Shown here piece after piece: positions 47,352 to 49,638 of a stretch of 49,638 nt of DNA. The stretch comes from a virus. Lineage: Duplodnaviria > Caudoviricetes. The stretch lies in the IMG/VR virus record IMGVR_UViG_3300005405_000328, positions 1-49,638 of that record; one strand, written 5' to 3'. The translations under genes were made by a program, and so were the position numbers. The notes under the pieces are model-generated. The model searched no databases and was not told the DNA's origin. It was given only the letters and a program-made list of their open reading frames with translations. Position 1 is the stretch's first letter. Every line of letters begins with the position of its first letter.

Positions 47352-48254
47352 ATGGCTATTGAAGAGTATGACTTATTACCTTTCCGGAAATTCACTGCCA
47401 AAAGTGAGTTTGATAAAGCTTTGCATACCTTTGAAGGAATAATTAAAGGGATCACCATTGATGGCCTAATTAACTCTGATGAGATAGCCGAATTAGAAAA
47501 CTGGTATCATTTGCACCAACACATTATCGATTTGCACCCTCTTGCCATATTGGGTTTACGACTCAAAACAGCACTCGCAGACGGCATTGTCTCTTTAGAA
47601 GAGCAAGAGGATCTTCTCTGGGTTTGTAATAGTTATAAATCAGGAAGTATTTATTATGAGTTAATAACCAAGGATATTCAAACACTGCAGGGCATATTAC
47701 ATGGTATTCTGGCTGACAATAAGATTGATGCGCTGGAAATACAGAGGCTTGAGGAATGGCTTGACAATAATAACCATCTGATTGGAGTCTATCCTTATGA
47801 TGAGATATGCAGCTTAGTAACAGCAGTTTTGCAGGACGGTAAACTTACTATTGATGAAATAAACATGCTAAGGGTATTCTTTAGCGAATTTATTGATACC
47901 AGGACTTCATATAACCTCAATGATTATGAGCTGGAGGAGCTTAGAAAAAGTATTAATATAGCCGGCATCTGTGCAGTTTGTCCTCCGATAATTATCCGAG
48001 ATAAGCTATTTTCTTTTACGGGAGTATCATCTAAGGCTACCAGGTTAGAAATAAAAGCTATTATAGAAACTGCAGGTGGCAAGTTTAATAACAACGTACT
48101 AAAAAATACAGATTTTTTGATTGTCGGGAATGAAGGAAATCCATGCTGGGCTTTTTCTTGTTACGGCCGTAAGGTTGAAAAAGCCGTAAAACTAAGAAAA
48201 TCAGGGAAGTCTATTATAATCGTTCATGAAAATGATTTCTGGGATGAGATATAA
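47352..48254 (+). CDS. BRCT-domain protein with duplicated N-terminal helical repeat
   Basis: C-terminal FSFTG...GG......TDFLIVG...YGRKVEKA...E.DFW; repeat L.GI..GI..D..I...EI..L..W x2. Confidence 0.8.
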   Translation: MAIEEYDLLPFRKFTAKSEFDKALHTFEGIIKGITIDGLINSDEIAELENWYHLHQHIIDLHPLAILGLRLKTALADGIVSLEEQEDLLWVCNSYKSGSIYYELITKDIQTLQGILHGILADNKIDALEIQRLEEWLDNNNHLIGVYPYDEICSLVTAVLQDGKLTIDEINMLRVFFSEFIDTRTSYNLNDYELEELRKSINIAGICAVCPPIIIRDKLFSFTGVSSKATRLEIKAIIETAGGKFNNNVLKNTDFLIVGNEGNPCWAFSCYGRKVEKAVKLRKSGKSIIIVHENDFWDEI

Positions 48255-48348
48255 GAATTGTAATTATAATTAGCTAATATTTACCTAAAGGAATCTTCCC
48301 TTGCTTCGGATAACTTACCTTGTAGTAAATAGTAAAGGACGATTATTT

Positions 48349-49638
48349 TTGAAAAAGCCGTGGAAAACCACCGTTAAACCCTTAAATGAAGAAGAATCAA
48401 AGTGGGAGATAATTGTACATCTTGGGTTTAATCCTGAGACTAATAAATATGATCGTCGCTATAAGTGGATTTACGCAACAAAAGAGCGCGAAATTCAGGC
48501 CGCGACCAGGGAATTTGTATCCGAGATAGAAAAAGAAATGGAAGAAATAGAAAGGGAAAAGGATGTAAAGGTATATTCCCAGGAAATACTTGCAGATTGG
48601 TTTACCTATTGGCTTAATGATTATGTTCCGGTCTTTTACAAGTGGGAAAGAAACACCCATGAACGAGCGGTCAGAATTGTAAATAAGAACATCATCCCTG
48701 GCATTGGGTATATTCCTATTTCTGAACTTGAGCCGGACCACATAATAGATTTTTATGTAAAGTTATTCAAAGAGGGCAAAAAAGTAAAGACCAAAGATCC
48801 AGAAGGTAATTCTATTATAAGATGGGTTGGTTTATCAAACAGATCAGTTCGCTATGTTCATGTGATACTAAACCAGTCTTTAAATGATGCTGTTACGAAG
48901 AAAAAGATTTCCGCAAATCCCGCAAATGGATTGAATCCCGCCGCAGACAAAGAGAAACACTACTCAAAATGGGTGGTATTGAGCGAAGAGCAACTCCTAG
49001 ATTTCCTTGCAAAATCAGAAGGGCATAGGGATTTTGCATTAATCCACACTGCTGCCTACAGCGGCTGTAGACAATCAGAACTACTCGGCTTAACGAAGGA
49101 TAAGATATTGTGGAAAGAAAAAGCTCTACGGATTGAGCAGTCCCTTCATTTGGATCCAGGTAGTGAAAATGGGTTTGAACATCGACCACGGACCAAAAAT
49201 GATCCTAGCACCAGAACGGTAAACGTCACAGAAGATGATTTGGAGGTACTGCGGCAATATATTTCCAAACAGAAAGAGGCAGGTATTGTTTCTGAATTAG
49301 TTTTTACCGAACCCGATGGAGAGAACATAAATCGCAATAATTTAGGCCATCGATTTTCTAATTTGGCAAGAAAGAACGGGCACCCGGGAATGACCTTTCA
49401 TCATATGAGACATTCCCATGCTACTATATTGCTTTCTAATGGGGCAAATATCAACGAGGTAGCAGAACGGTTGGGACATGCTGACCCAACTATAACACTG
49501 GCAGTTTATGGCCATGTGCTTCCTGGTAGGCACCAACAATTAGCTGAGCACTTCGCTAGTTTAATTAAACCCAAAGAGATAAAAGACGATTCGAAAAAAT
49601 TTACCCGTAAAAATCTCCGCAAATTTTTCCGCAAATAA
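48349..49638 (+). CDS. int: prophage tyrosine integrase
   Basis: GCRQSE, TKN, FHHMRHSHAT, LGH, VYGH catalytic motifs; likely TTG start 48349. Confidence 0.93.
   Translation: MKKPWKTTVKPLNEEESKWEIIVHLGFNPETNKYDRRYKWIYATKEREIQAATREFVSEIEKEMEEIEREKDVKVYSQEILADWFTYWLNDYVPVFYKWERNTHERAVRIVNKNIIPGIGYIPISELEPDHIIDFYVKLFKEGKKVKTKDPEGNSIIRWVGLSNRSVRYVHVILNQSLNDAVTKKKISANPANGLNPAADKEKHYSKWVVLSEEQLLDFLAKSEGHRDFALIHTAAYSGCRQSELLGLTKDKILWKEKALRIEQSLHLDPGSENGFEHRPRTKNDPSTRTVNVTEDDLEVLRQYISKQKEAGIVSELVFTEPDGENINRNNLGHRFSNLARKNGHPGMTFHHMRHSHATILLSNGANINEVAERLGHADPTITLAVYGHVLPGRHQQLAEHFASLIKPKEIKDDSKKFTRKNLRKFFRK
49602..49637 (+). repeat. 12-nt-period arm-type repeats in the integrase 3' end
   Basis: TACCCGTAAAAA-TCTCCGCAAATT-TTTCCGCAAATA; last copy identical to 1066-1089 units. 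Confidence 0.7.

Larger units (their letters stand above)
953..49638. mobile_element. temperate siphovirus-like prophage integrated at tRNA-Leu; other att site expected just beyond the right edge
   Basis: Ordered integrase, immunity, replication, packaging, head, tail and lysis modules bounded by the tRNA fragment. Confidence 0.95.

Overview
Almost the whole window (~953-49638) is one apparently near-complete temperate siphovirus-like prophage. Gene content suggests a Firmicutes, probably Clostridia-type, host (inference). It is integrated in a tRNA-Leu(TAA) gene: the displaced 3' tRNA half and host terminator are at 912-1012, the tyrosine integrase ends at the right edge, and matching TTTCCGCAAATA arm-type repeats occur at both ends. 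From right to left: lysogeny module on + (repressor, ImmA-like protease, BRCT protein, integrase), then on - the Cro/excisionase and early genes, replication (DUF4373-type initiator, DnaC/IstB loader), late activator, RES moron, DNA methylase, a second tyrosine recombinase, packaging (two TerS-like genes, HNH, HslV-like protease, TerL), HK97-type head, tail, lysis, and AT-rich morons (RexAB/Kiwa-like pair, P63C). The most interesting signals are absent from the ORF track: (i) a Com-like zinc-ribbon gene with AGCGAGCC repeats and an SD-occluding hairpin directly before the tape-measure gene; (ii) four candidate antisense small-RNA units; (iii) a hidden 3D-domain frame behind a LysM gene; (iv) a +1 frameshifted tail chaperone and a CTG-start ORF; (v) two adjacent lesions in one tail-tip cassette. 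All family names come from motif recognition by eye, not from database searches.
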